A stretch of 64,000 nt of DNA, taken from NCBI GenBank assembly GCA_963709585.1, contig CAVPXI010000015.1, positions 160,001 through 224,000 on the forward strand, in the 5' to 3' direction. The position numbers were made by a program, and so were the translations under genes. Source of the stretch: Candidatus Dormiibacterota bacterium. GTDB taxonomy: Bacteria > Chloroflexota > Dormibacteria > Aeolococcales > Aeolococcaceae. Of this stretch, positions 19,480 to 30,664 are shown piece by piece. The number at the start of each line of letters is the position of its first letter. The first letter of the stretch is position 1. Under the pieces are notes generated by a model that saw nothing but the letters and a program-made list of their open reading frames with translations, had not been told where the DNA came from and searched no databases.

Positions 19480-20144
19480 GCTTCCTCCAGTCGGTACCCC
19501 GAGCCCCGGACCGTCACGATCTGGATTCCGGTGTTGGGCAGCTTGGCGCGCAGCCGGCTCATCTGGACATCGATGGCGTTGGACCCGAGCGGCTGGGTCT
19601 CGTCGCGCCATGCGTGCTCGGCGATGGCCCTGCGATCGACGACGGCCGGCGACCGCCGCAGGAGCAGCTCGAGGATGTTGAACTCGGTCGACGTCAGGTT
19701 CACGGGAGCGCCGTGCACCTCGATCTCGCGTCGCGCCGGGTCGAGGGTGAGCGCGCCGCGGGTGATCGCCGGGCCGTCGACGTTGCGCGGGCGCCGCTGC
19801 AGCGCCCGGATCCGGGCGACGAGCTCGCCGAAATCGAACGGTTTGATCAGGTAGTCGTCGGCGCCGGCGTCGAGACCCTCGATGCGATCTGACGGAGTGT
19901 CCCGCGCGGTCAGCATGAGCATCGCGGTCGGTCGGTTGTTCCGGCGCGCCCAGGCCACGACCTCGAGCCCGCTGACGCGCGGCATTCGCCAGTCGATCAC
20001 GGCGACGTCGTATTCGTAGAAGCGCAGCTGCTCGATCGCCTCGTCGCCCGCGGCGACGGCGTCGACGAAGTAGCCGGCCTCCTCGAGGCCCTGGACGAGG
20101 ACCTCCCGGAGCCCGCGATCGTCCTCAGCGACGAGCACTCGCAT
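19476..20144 (-). CDS. OmpR-family response regulator
   Basis: AEDD, GADDYLIKPF, TVRGSGY. Confidence 0.95.
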   Translation of the reverse strand: MRVLVAEDDRGLREVLVQGLEEAGYFVDAVAAGDEAIEQLRFYEYDVAVIDWRMPRVSGLEVVAWARRNNRPTAMLMLTARDTPSDRIEGLDAGADDYLIKPFDFGELVARIRALQRRPRNVDGPAITRGALTLDPARREIEVHGAPVNLTSTEFNILELLLRRSPAVVDRRAIAEHAWRDETQPLGSNAIDVQMSRLRAKLPNTGIQIVTVRGSGYRLEEA

Positions 20145-20159
20145 CAGCTGATGATGGTG

Positions 20160-20954
20160 TCACGCACCGGTGGATGCGCTACCCCCGCCCCCGCCGAAGC
20201 CGCCACCCCCGCCAAAGCCGCCGCCTCCGCCGAACCCGCCGCCTCGGCCAAAGCCGGCAGTGCACCCGTTGGCCCCGGCGGGCGAGATCGTCAGGGCGCG
20301 CGCGGCGACCACCCCTGAGCTGGCCTTGGTACCGATGGCGGTGAGGCACTGCCCAGTCTGCAGCGCCGTCGCCGTGACCACCGTGGAGGTGGTCACCTTG
20401 ACTGTCGTTGGCACGTCAATCGTCGTTGTCGTGCCGGTCGCTCCCGTGATCGTGACCGAGGTGCCATTCACCGACTTGACCTGGCCGCGAGCCGCAGTGA
20501 ATCCCGCTGCTGCCGCCGGTGGAGAGAAGCTCGGCCGCGGGCTGAAGGTTCCCCCGCCGCCGCCACCACCGATGCCGGTCCTCGTGCAGGAGCCGTTGAC
20601 GGGAGAGCTCAGTGTCACCGTGGTCGCGGTGATGGTCCCGCCGGCGCCCTTGGTGCCGGTGGCGGTGATACAGCTCCCGGCGGCGATGTCCGCAACGGTC
20701 CCGGTGTTCGTCTGGGTGATCGTCGTGGTCGCTGCGTAGGTGACCGTCGAGTCGCCGTTTGTGCCGCTCAGGATGAGTGTCGATCCGTTGATCTGCACCA
20801 GTTGACCGAATGCGGCGTTGCCGGCGAGCCCGCGACGCGCGCCCGACGAGGGTGACGGCGCGCTCGTCGAGCCGCTGCTTGCGGCGGCACTCCCGCATGC
20901 GACGACAGCGAGACCGGCCATTACACCGGCGACGCCCAGGATGGCTCGATTCAT
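20160..20954 (-). CDS. Lipoprotein, DUF5666-like, Gly-rich tail
   Basis: VVACG lipobox; two repeated beta units; GGFGG repeats. Confidence 0.7.
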   Translation of the reverse strand: MNRAILGVAGVMAGLAVVACGSAAASSGSTSAPSPSSGARRGLAGNAAFGQLVQINGSTLILSGTNGDSTVTYAATTTITQTNTGTVADIAAGSCITATGTKGAGGTITATTVTLSSPVNGSCTRTGIGGGGGGGTFSPRPSFSPPAAAAGFTAARGQVKSVNGTSVTITGATGTTTTIDVPTTVKVTTSTVVTATALQTGQCLTAIGTKASSGVVAARALTISPAGANGCTAGFGRGGGFGGGGGFGGGGGFGGGGGSASTGA

Positions 20955-20991
20955 GAGGTGGTTTCTCCTAACGGGATGACAGCGGTGGGTT

Positions 20992-22205
<1,214 letters not shown>

Positions 22206-22209
<4 letters not shown>

Positions 22210-22886
22210 GCAGCGACCCGTTCTCGGAGCCGGCCGTCGGCCATTTCGACGACCCGCTCGGCCACACCGGCGACGTTGGGGTCATGGGTGATGAGCACGA
22301 TGGTGTGCCCCGACCTGTTGAGGCCGGTGAGGATGTCGAGAACCTCACGGCTTGCTTTCGAGTCGAGGTTTCCGGTGGGCTCGTCGGCGAGGATCATGGT
22401 CGGATCCGTGACCAGCGCTCGGGCGATCGCGACGCGTTGCTGCTGACCGCCGGAGAGCTGGTTGGGATGGTGCTGCACTCGACTGGTGAGCCCCACCTGC
22501 GCGAGCGCGTTCAACGCCGTCTGCTTGCGATCGCGGGTGCTGCGATACAGGAGCGGGAGCTCGACGTTGCGCCACGCCGACATCGAGGAGAGCAGATGAA
22601 ACTGCTGGAACACGAAGCCGATGCGGCGATTGCGGATGCTCGCGAGCTCGCGCTCGTTCATGCCGCTGACGTCCTCGCCGGCGAAGCGATATTCCCCGCT
22701 GGTGGGGACGTCGAGACAGCCGAGGATGTGCATCAGCGTCGACTTGCCGGAGCCCGAGGGTCCCATCACTGCGAGGAAGTCGCCATCCTTCACGGAGAGG
22801 TACACGCGATCAACGGCCCGCACCTCCGCGTCTCCGTCGCCGTATACCTTGCTCACATCGACAAGGCGGATGATCTCCGCTGCCAC
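22206..22886 (-). CDS. ABC ATP-binding protein (LolD/MacB-like)
   Basis: GPSGSGKST, LSGGQQQR, ADEPTGNLD. Confidence 0.95.
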
Positions 22887-22887
22887 G

Positions 22888-24387
22888 TCAGCCGCCGCCA
22901 CCACGGCCGGCGCCGCCGCCACCCAGGCCACCACCGCCGAATCCACCGCCTCCACCCGTGAGGCTGCGGCCCACACCGCTCGTGCTCGACGGAATCGTGC
23001 TGCTGATCGTGGCGATCACGACCACGTCACCGACCCTCACGCCGCTGAGGATCTGGGTGCGAGTCGCGTCCGCGGCGCCCACGGTGACCGCCACCGGGAC
23101 CGGCTTGCCGTTGACGAAGAGCGTCACCGTGCTTCCCGCTGCAGTTGTGTGCACCGCGCTGGTGGGAACGGTGATCACCTGCACCACCTGGTTGATGACG
23201 ACACTGACCGACGCGGACATCCCCGGACGGAGCGAAGGGCTCGCCCCGCTGAGCACCACGGTCACCGGGAACGTCGCAACACCCGAGGTGACCGTGGCCT
23301 GTTCGGCGACCTCGGTGACCTTTCCTGCGGTTGCGTTGCTCGACCCCGCCGCGACCACCTCGGCGGTCTGGCCGATCGCGATCTCGTTGACCAGCGCGTC
23401 ACTCACCGACCCGGTCACCTCGAAGACACCGGGCGTGATGATCACGACCGCATGGGTGGCGGCGCCGCTCGAGCCGGCCGATGCGCCGCCCGTGCCGGCA
23501 CTCGCGATCTGCGCACCGTCGGTGACATTGACGGCCTCGACAACGCCGCCCGTCGGCGCCTTGAGCGTCGCTGCGCTCACCGCCGCCTGCGCGTTGGCAA
23601 CGTTGACCTGGTCGATTTCGACCTGGCTCTGGTCCACTGCGATCTGCGCCGATGTCGTCGGCGATGCACTCTCGACCGCGGTGAGAGCGGACTTGGCATT
23701 CTCCCACTGCACCTTGTCGGTGTTGACCTGGCCCTGGGCCTGGTCGTCGCTCTGCGCCCCCTTGACCTGAGCCGCCTGCCACGCCTGGTAGTCCTGGCTC
23801 ACAGCTGCCTCGTCCGCAGGACACGGGGTCGTGGCGTCGCCGGGTGTGCAGCCGGCGGCAGCGGCCGTTGCCTGGGCCGCGGTGTACACGTTGTAGTCCT
23901 GCGCGACGATCTGGGTGTTCACCGCTCTGGTGTCGGCGAGGCTGGTCACCGCGTTCTGATAGGCGACGTACGCGCTGTTGACCTGGCCTTCGGCCTGGGT
24001 GATGCTGGACGCCGACGCTCCCGCCTTGGCCTGAGACAGATTCGCCTCTGCAGAAGCAAGGGTCGCCTCCGCCTGGGTGAGGCTGGCATCAACGGTGGTC
24101 GGGTCCTGGGTGGCGAGGACCTCGCCGGCGGTGACCGTCTGTCCCGGCTGGACGTTGACGGAAGTCACCTTCCCCGCGCCCTGGAAATCGAGATCGGTCT
24201 CGCCGTCAGCGGCGAGATTCCCCGACAGCGAGACCGTCTGCGTCACGGTCCCGAGCGTTGCGACCCCGAGTCTGTACGAGACGCTCGCCGCAGCACCGCG
24301 GGTGAGCATGAAAACGCCGGTTCCCGCGGCAATCACCACGACAACGATGCCGACGATGAACGGCTTGCTCAGCAAACGACGTCTCAC
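22888..24387 (-). CDS. Efflux adaptor (membrane fusion protein)
   Basis: N-terminal TM, lipoyl-like halves, coiled coil, LRPGMSA. Confidence 0.9.
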   Translation of the reverse strand: MRRRLLSKPFIVGIVVVVIAAGTGVFMLTRGAAASVSYRLGVATLGTVTQTVSLSGNLAADGETDLDFQGAGKVTSVNVQPGQTVTAGEVLATQDPTTVDASLTQAEATLASAEANLSQAKAGASASSITQAEGQVNSAYVAYQNAVTSLADTRAVNTQIVAQDYNVYTAAQATAAAAGCTPGDATTPCPADEAAVSQDYQAWQAAQVKGAQSDDQAQGQVNTDKVQWENAKSALTAVESASPTTSAQIAVDQSQVEIDQVNVANAQAAVSAATLKAPTGGVVEAVNVTDGAQIASAGTGGASAGSSGAATHAVVIITPGVFEVTGSVSDALVNEIAIGQTAEVVAAGSSNATAGKVTEVAEQATVTSGVATFPVTVVLSGASPSLRPGMSASVSVVINQVVQVITVPTSAVHTTAAGSTVTLFVNGKPVPVAVTVGAADATRTQILSGVRVGDVVVIATISSTIPSSTSGVGRSLTGGGGGFGGGGLGGGGAGRGGGG

Positions 24388-24510
24388 AAGGAATAACTCC
24401 CAAAACCGGCTCCGACCGCGACCATCGGCCGTGATCGTCGCCCGGGTCGCCTTTCAGGAGCGTGACGAGGCGCGGACATCTCGTAAACCGATGCCGCCTG
24501 CACGCTGGCG

Positions 24511-24574
<64 letters not shown>

Positions 24575-24584
<10 letters not shown>

Positions 24585-25279
24585 TGGGCGACTGTAGCTC
24601 CAGACGCGGTCAATTGCTCGACGCTGCCGTCACTGTGGCCCACCAACACGGTGTCTGCCAAACCCACGAACAACCCATGGCCGGCGACCCCCGGGATGGA
24701 GCCGATCAACGCCGCGAGCACGTCCGGTTCGTCGATGTCGGTGTACTCACTGTCGACGACCAGGTTGCCGTTGTCGGTGATGAAGGGCTGGCCGTCGCCG
24801 CCGACACGAACCGTGAAATCGATCGACGTTCGCTCGACCAGGGTGTGCAGCGTCCTGGCGATCCCGAATTGGACCACCTCGACGGGGATACGACCGCTGA
24901 GCTGGGACATGTATTTGCTGTCATCGACAATAACCACGAAGCGCGCCGCAGACGCGGCAACGATCTTCTCTCGAACCATCGCGCCACCCCTGCCCTTGAT
25001 CAGACGCAACGCGGGATCGACGCTGTCAGCGCCGTCGACGGCGAGGTCGAGACCGTCAGCCCCGAGCTCCTCCACAACCATGCCGTGCTCGATTGCCAGC
25101 GCGGTACTCGCCACCGAGGTTGCGACCGCGCGCACGGTCAGCCCCTGACGCACCCGCTCCGCGAGACCGAGGATGAACCAGCGCGCGGTCGTACCGGTGC
25201 CAAGACCGACGCGCATGCCGTCATCGACCAGCGGCACCGCGGCCTCCCCCGCCGCACGTCGGGCGGCATCGACGTCCAC
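24575..25279 (-). CDS. rpiA: Ribose-5-phosphate isomerase A
   Basis: GLGTGTT, DGAD, IKGRGGA..REK, TDNGN. Confidence 0.95.
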
Positions 25280-25295
25280 CCGTGCAGCGTAGCCG

Positions 25296-25628
25296 TCAGG
25301 AGGCCAGCCGTCTGCTCAGTTCGCCGGCGGTTGTGGACACGGCGTCACGATGCAGGCCGTCGGGCTGACGCATGAAGCGCTCCTGCACGACGAACACCGC
25401 TTCGATCAGCTCCGCCGCGGACGTGCGGGGGCGGAACGTGACCCCGCGACGGCGGAGCGAGACCAGCACCCGTGTGGGGATCAGGCCACCGCGAAGATTC
25501 ACCTCTTCGAGCTGGGTGAGCAATCCGTCGAGCTCACACAGCGTTTCGCGTCGATGGACCCGTTGTCGTTCCTCTTCTGCTGACCACACCAATTGATTGA
25601 GGACGCGGTTTCGGACGAAGGTGGCCAT
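25296..25628 (-). CDS. Hypothetical protein with upstream SOS-like box
   Basis: GAGGGAG RBS; helical 110-aa ORF. Confidence 0.65.
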   Translation of the reverse strand: MATFVRNRVLNQLVWSAEEERQRVHRRETLCELDGLLTQLEEVNLRGGLIPTRVLVSLRRRGVTFRPRTSAAELIEAVFVVQERFMRQPDGLHRDAVSTTAGELSRRLAS

Positions 25629-25747
25629 GACGCTCCCTCGGCGCGTCCACCGGGTTCGGGGGTTTGATGTGACGTAGGGTAGGTCGGACCGAACAGATGG
25701 ACGTCCTGTGGTCGCGATCCTACCGATTTGTCGGCCATTTGCATAGC

Positions 25748-25762
25748 GGAACACATGTTCGA
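25748..25762. promoter_or_regulatory. Putative LexA box (GAAC-N4-GTTC)
   Basis: Minus strand reads TCGAAC-ATGT-GTTCC; intergenic. Confidence 0.55.
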
Positions 25763-25821
25763 CGCTGTCGAGGGCAGCTCCACCATGGAGCCGCCCTCAC
25801 GAGCTGATCAGACGCGCGCTC

Positions 25822-26565
25822 TTACCCGCCGAGCAACTGAATGATGTGGTTCGCATCCGCACGGGCTCCGTCGAGATCTGCGCGCGCCGTCTTGATGTTC
25901 TCGGCGGCACTCTTCAAGACGACCTGGTTGCCCGGCCACCCCGCCGGCGTGAGATCGATCACCGATGAGGTCACCCCGGAGATCGACGTGTGCGCGGCGG
26001 CAACCTTGCTCGTCAGGTCGTTCAGATCCGTCTGCGCCTCGGCCTTGACCTTTGCCGACACCGACGAGTTGTTGATCAGGGATTGCAGCTCCGGGATGAG
26101 CGTCGAGAAACTCTGGTTGACCTTGGTCACGCCGTCCGCCGCGATCACCTCGTGGATTTTGGGATCCTCGAGCACGTACACCCGATACCCGGTGACGATG
26201 GTCTGGCAGTCGGCCAAGGTCTGCTTGTACGTGCTGTCGCTCTGAATCGTCGTGTCAAGCGCGATCAACCCCTGCTGGTCGGCGCCGATCTGCCCTTCGA
26301 GTGTCGCCCGGTCACCGCCTGACAGTGCCACCGAGTCCTTGACGAACGTGTCGTCGGCCGCGAGGGTGCCGAGCCGGCGCTGGATGGCGGCATTGCAATG
26401 CGCCTTGAGCGTCGCCAGCGTGAGAGTGTGCGGCGCCGGCGTCGCGCTTGCGACCGGCGAGGGCGAGGAAGTCGTGGCCGCGTCGACACCCACCGAGCCC
26501 GCCAGCCCGAGGCCGGCGGTCAGGGTCAGCGTCGCCATGCCACGCGCGAGAAGCGAGGTGTTCAT
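25822..26565 (-). CDS. Secreted alpha-helical hypothetical protein
   Basis: Signal peptide ending VDA; amphipathic helices. Confidence 0.75.
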   Translation of the reverse strand: MNTSLLARGMATLTLTAGLGLAGSVGVDAATTSSPSPVASATPAPHTLTLATLKAHCNAAIQRRLGTLAADDTFVKDSVALSGGDRATLEGQIGADQQGLIALDTTIQSDSTYKQTLADCQTIVTGYRVYVLEDPKIHEVIAADGVTKVNQSFSTLIPELQSLINNSSVSAKVKAEAQTDLNDLTSKVAAAHTSISGVTSSVIDLTPAGWPGNQVVLKSAAENIKTARADLDGARADANHIIQLLGG

Positions 26566-26867
26566 TGGGATGGGTCTCCTTCGCTGGTGCTCAGCCCGGC
26601 GTTGGCGGCGTTGAGCTGCCCGCCGATGGTGCTGAGCTGGTTGTCGATGCTGCTGATCTGCCGGGTGACGCCGCTTCTATCCGGCGTCGCGGTCGCTGCT
26701 GCAGTCGCCGTCGCGACGGGTGCCGCCACCGTCACCCCGACGGGCGCGGTTGCGCCGGAAGCTCGGGGACTGCTGACGCCGCTCGCACGAACGGCGCCGC
26801 ATCCCGCGACCGCCACGGCTACGATGCCGCACAGGACGCTGTTCCTCAGCGCCGTGACATGAGTCAT
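26562..26867 (-). CDS. Small putative lipoprotein
   Basis: VAGC lipobox; AAGGAG RBS; ATGA overlap with downstream gene. Confidence 0.65.
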   Translation of the reverse strand: MTHVTALRNSVLCGIVAVAVAGCGAVRASGVSSPRASGATAPVGVTVAAPVATATAAATATPDRSGVTRQISSIDNQLSTIGGQLNAANAGLSTSEGDPSQ

Positions 26868-27011
26868 CCGATGTCTCCTTTGGAATGTCCGGAGGGATCT
26901 GGTTCATCCAACCAGAGCTCCGAGCCCGGCTCCTGAGACCATGCGGAGACGCCGCTGAGAAATCGCGAAGAGGTTGCCCAACCTGGTGCCGCCCGAGAGA
27001 GCGGCGTCAAC

Positions 27012-27758
27012 TCAGGCCGCCGTCGCCTCGCGTGCCAGTCGACCGACAAGCGCGTCGAGTGGACCGGCTTCCAGCAGCCTCCGCCCGAAGGCGGACGCCA
27101 GTGCCCCGGCCAGCACCGGAGCGACCACGGCGGGAACGTGCCCGCCGGCGCCGAGCGTCTCCAGTGACGCGACTCCGGCTCCATCGATGCCGCACGGGGT
27201 GATGCGATCGAACCAGCCCAGGTCGGTGGCCACGTTCAGTGCGACCCCGTGGGTGGTGACGCCGCCCGCGAGCTTCACCCCGATTGCGCCGAGCTTCCGA
27301 TCCCCCGACCACACTCCCGTGAACGGCGGGCGGCGGGTCACCTCGACTCCGTAGTTGGCTGCCGTGGCGATCAGGCCGGCCTCGAGCGCCCGGAGATAAC
27401 GATCGACGTCGCCGTGAGCTGGGTGACCCGGGATCGGGAAGATCCCGGCCAGACGCACGATCGGATAGGCGACGAGCTGGCCGGGACCGTGGAAGGTCAC
27501 CGACCCTCCGCGATCGACCTCGAGGAACTCAGCGCCTGCGGCAACGAGCGCGTCGGGCCCCTTGCCGAGGTGGCGAGCCTCACCCTGGCGGCCCATCGTG
27601 TACACGGGCGGGTGCTCCAGCAGGAGCACGGCGTCGTCGGCCAGTTCGCCGGACCTGCGCGCCAGGGCGACCTCTCGCTGCAACACCCAGGCGTCCTGGT
27701 AGCCGACCGTCCCCAGCCACGTCCAGCGAAGCGCCGGTTCCTCGCCCACGTCGCTCAT
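27012..27758 (-). CDS. lipB: Octanoyltransferase
   Basis: [39 protein letters not shown]. Confidence 0.95.
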   Translation of the reverse strand: MSDVGEEPALRWTWLGTVGYQDAWVLQREVALARRSGELADDAVLLLEHPPVYTMGRQGEARHLGKGPDALVAAGAEFLEVDRGGSVTFHGPGQLVAYPIVRLAGIFPIPGHPAHGDVDRYLRALEAGLIATAANYGVEVTRRPPFTGVWSGDRKLGAIGVKLAGGVTTHGVALNVATDLGWFDRITPCGIDGAGVASLETLGAGGHVPAVVAPVLAGALASAFGRRLLEAGPLDALVGRLAREATAA

Positions 27759-28693
27759 CCGGCGTGGGCAGCGACCGCCTGCTCGTGCGCGTGATAGCTG
27801 GAGCGGACCAGTGGTCCCGATTCGACGTGCTTGAAGCCGAGCGACTTGCCGTATGCCTTCAGCTCGGCGAACTCGTCGGGATGCCAGTAGCGGATCAGCG
27901 GATGGTGCTTGAGCGACGGGCGCAGGTACTGACCGATCGTGATGATCTCGATGTCATGGGCGCGCATCTTGTCGAGGAGCTCCTTGACCTCGTGCATCTC
28001 CTCGCCGAGCCCGACCATGAGGCCCGACTTGGTCCGGCTCCGCGGCTCGATTCGCTTGGCAGCCCGGAGCAGCTCGAGACTGCGGTCGAGCTCGGACTTC
28101 GGGCGGACCCGCCGGTAGAGTCGGCCGACGGTCTCGACGTTGTGATTGAAGATCTCGGGCACCTCGTCCATGACCGTCCCCAGCGCGTCGCGGTCGCCCT
28201 GGAAGTCGGGTGTCAGCACCTCGATCGTGGTCCCGGGTGCGAGCGCCCGGATGGATCGGATCGTCGCGGCGAACACACCGGCGCCGCCGTCGGCGAGATC
28301 GTCGCGGTCGACGGACGTGACCACGGCGTGGCGCAGGCCCATGGTCGCAACCGCCTCTCCGACCCGGCGTGGCTCATCCCAGTCGATGTCGCCACCACGC
28401 TTGCCGCTCTTGACCGCGCAGAACGCGCAGGCCCGTGTGCACACGTCGCCGAGGATCATGAAGGTGGCGGTCCCGTGCCCCCAGCACTCGGCGATGTTCG
28501 GGCAGCGAGCCTCCTCGCACACAGTGTTGAGACGCTGCCCGCGCATGATCCCTTTGATCTGTGCGTACCCGTCGCCGGCGGGCAGCTTGACGGTCAGCCA
28601 CGCGGGTCGCCGATCAACACCGTCGGGAAGGAGCCGCTGATGCAGCGGCCGGGGATCGGCCACCGGAACGGGCCGCAGGCTGATCTGGTCCAT
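27755..28693 (-). CDS. lipA: Lipoyl synthase
   Basis: [24 protein letters not shown]. Confidence 0.97.
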   Translation of the reverse strand: MDQISLRPVPVADPRPLHQRLLPDGVDRRPAWLTVKLPAGDGYAQIKGIMRGQRLNTVCEEARCPNIAECWGHGTATFMILGDVCTRACAFCAVKSGKRGGDIDWDEPRRVGEAVATMGLRHAVVTSVDRDDLADGGAGVFAATIRSIRALAPGTTIEVLTPDFQGDRDALGTVMDEVPEIFNHNVETVGRLYRRVRPKSELDRSLELLRAAKRIEPRSRTKSGLMVGLGEEMHEVKELLDKMRAHDIEIITIGQYLRPSLKHHPLIRYWHPDEFAELKAYGKSLGFKHVESGPLVRSSYHAHEQAVAAHAG

Positions 28694-28737
28694 GGCGCTC
28701 TCTCACTCTACACACTCGCTGCGCCACAATCGCCGAG

Positions 28738-30360
28738 ATGAGTTCTCAGCCACCGCTCAACGAGCCGGTTCACCTCTACGCGCCGGGGTCGGCGGAGCGC
28801 GCCCACCTGCGCACCGCGGTCCGCGACATGCAGGCAACCGCGCCGCACACCGTGCCGCTCCACGTTGGCGGACGCACCTACGACGGGCACGGGGAGCGCA
28901 TCTCGGTCAGCGCGCCGCACCGCCGCTCCCTGGCGCTCGTCGAGGCGGCGACCGCCACGACCGATGACGTCCGCGCTGCGGTCGATGCCGCGCTCGCCGC
29001 CCACCACGACTGGTCGACCGCGCCGTGGGAGACGAGGGCCTCGGTCTTCCTCCGCGCCGCTGACCTTCTGAGTGGCCCGTTCCGCGACCGCCTCAATGCG
29101 GCCACGATCCTGGGGCAGAGCAAGAGTGTCCAGCAGGCGGAGATCGACGCCGCGTGCGAGCTGATCGACTTCTGGCGCTGGAACGTCCACTTCGCGGAGC
29201 AGCTCCGGGAGATGCAGCCGGTGTCACCGGCCGGGGTGTGGAATCGCATGGACCACCGGCCGCTCGAGGGCTTCGTGCTGGCGATCAGCCCGTTCAACTT
29301 CACCTCGATCGGGGGAAACCTCGCGGTCACGCCGGCGATCGTCGGCAACACCGTCGTCTGGAAGCCGGCGACCACCGCGCTGCTCGCCGCCCAGGTGATC
29401 ATGGAGATCCTCGAGGCCGCCGGCCTGCCGCCGGGTGTCATCAACATGATCGCCGGGCCCGGGGCGGCGGTCTCGGAGGCCGCGGTCAAGCATCCGTCGC
29501 TCGCGGGCATTCACTTCACCGGCTCGACCGACACGTTCCAGCACCTCTGGACCACTGTTGCCGCCAATCTCGGCAATTACAGGACGTATCCGCGCCTGGT
29601 CGGCGAGACCGGCGGCAAGGACTTCGTGCTCGCGCACCCTTCGGCGTCCACCGACGCACTGCTCGTCGGGCTCCTGCGCGGGTCCTTCGAGTACCAGGGC
29701 CAGAAATGCTCCGCCGCATCGCGCGCGTACATCCCTCACTCGGTGTGGGAACGGCTGCGCGATCCGCTCGCGGTGGCGACCGAGGCGATTCCCGTGGGCG
29801 ATCCCGCGGAGTTCAGCACCTTCATGGGAGCGGTCATCGACGAGCCGAGCTTCCGCAAGCACGAGGCCGTGCTCGCCTCGGCGCGCACCGATCCGGATCT
29901 CACCCTGGTCGCCGGCGGCGAGTGCGACGGCGACGTCGGATGGTTCGTCCATCCCACCATCCTCGAGACCTCGAACCCCCGGCACGAGCTGCTCCAGCGC
30001 GAGCTGTTCGGCCCGATCCTCACCGTGTTCCCGTACCCGGACTCGGACTGGCACTCGGTGCTCGACCTCGTGGATCACACCTCGCCCTATGCGCTCACCG
30101 GCGCCGTGTTCGCCGATGACCGGGCCGCCATCGACGAGGCCGCCGCCCACCTGCGCTACGCCGCCGGCAACTTCTACATCAACGACAAACCAACCGGCGC
30201 GGTCGTCGGTCAGCAGCCGTTCGGCGGCGCGAGAATGAGCGGGACCAACGACAAGGCAGGGTCGGCGCTGAACATGATGCGCTGGGTGTCACCTCGCGTC
30301 ATCAAGGAGACCTTCGTTCCGCCGAGCGAGTGGCGGTACCCGCACCAGGATCCCGACTGA
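28738..30360 (+). CDS. pruA: L-glutamate gamma-semialdehyde (P5C) dehydrogenase
   Basis: SPFNFTSI, GETGGKDF, EYQGQKCSA, NDKPTGAVVGQQPFGG. Confidence 0.95.
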   Translation: MSSQPPLNEPVHLYAPGSAERAHLRTAVRDMQATAPHTVPLHVGGRTYDGHGERISVSAPHRRSLALVEAATATTDDVRAAVDAALAAHHDWSTAPWETRASVFLRAADLLSGPFRDRLNAATILGQSKSVQQAEIDAACELIDFWRWNVHFAEQLREMQPVSPAGVWNRMDHRPLEGFVLAISPFNFTSIGGNLAVTPAIVGNTVVWKPATTALLAAQVIMEILEAAGLPPGVINMIAGPGAAVSEAAVKHPSLAGIHFTGSTDTFQHLWTTVAANLGNYRTYPRLVGETGGKDFVLAHPSASTDALLVGLLRGSFEYQGQKCSAASRAYIPHSVWERLRDPLAVATEAIPVGDPAEFSTFMGAVIDEPSFRKHEAVLASARTDPDLTLVAGGECDGDVGWFVHPTILETSNPRHELLQRELFGPILTVFPYPDSDWHSVLDLVDHTSPYALTGAVFADDRAAIDEAAAHLRYAAGNFYINDKPTGAVVGQQPFGGARMSGTNDKAGSALNMMRWVSPRVIKETFVPPSEWRYPHQDPD

Positions 30361-30417
30361 CCCGACCGCCAGGGCGCTGAATCGCTTCGCCGACCCGGTC
30401 TGATTTTCGGTCGGGTG

Positions 30418-30636
30418 CTAGGCCCGCCAGCGGGTGCAGGAGCGGGTGGGCCGGCGTCTGCAGGAGCAGCTCCCCGGGTGGCGCGGAGTTCGCCTCGTGA
30501 TCGGCGGATCCTCGGAGGCGACCCGGATCAGGGCATGAAACCTGCTCTCGTCGATGATGCCCTTCTCCAGAGCGCGCCGCGCCCATGCCGGCGGGGTCCG
30601 AAGTCCCCACGCATCGAAAGCGCCTTGCTCGATCAT
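30418..30636 (-). CDS. Small hypothetical protein
   Basis: TATCAT and AGGAGG directly upstream of ATG. Confidence 0.5.
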   Translation of the reverse strand: MIEQGAFDAWGLRTPPAWARRALEKGIIDESRFHALIRVASEDPPITRRTPRHPGSCSCRRRPTRSCTRWRA

Positions 30637-30664
30637 CGTTCCTCCTGATGATAGCCAGGACGGG

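Noticed and set aside
20170-20250. GGFGG tandem repeats (also ~22890-22955)
   Set aside because: Low-complexity Gly-rich protein tails, not DNA elements.
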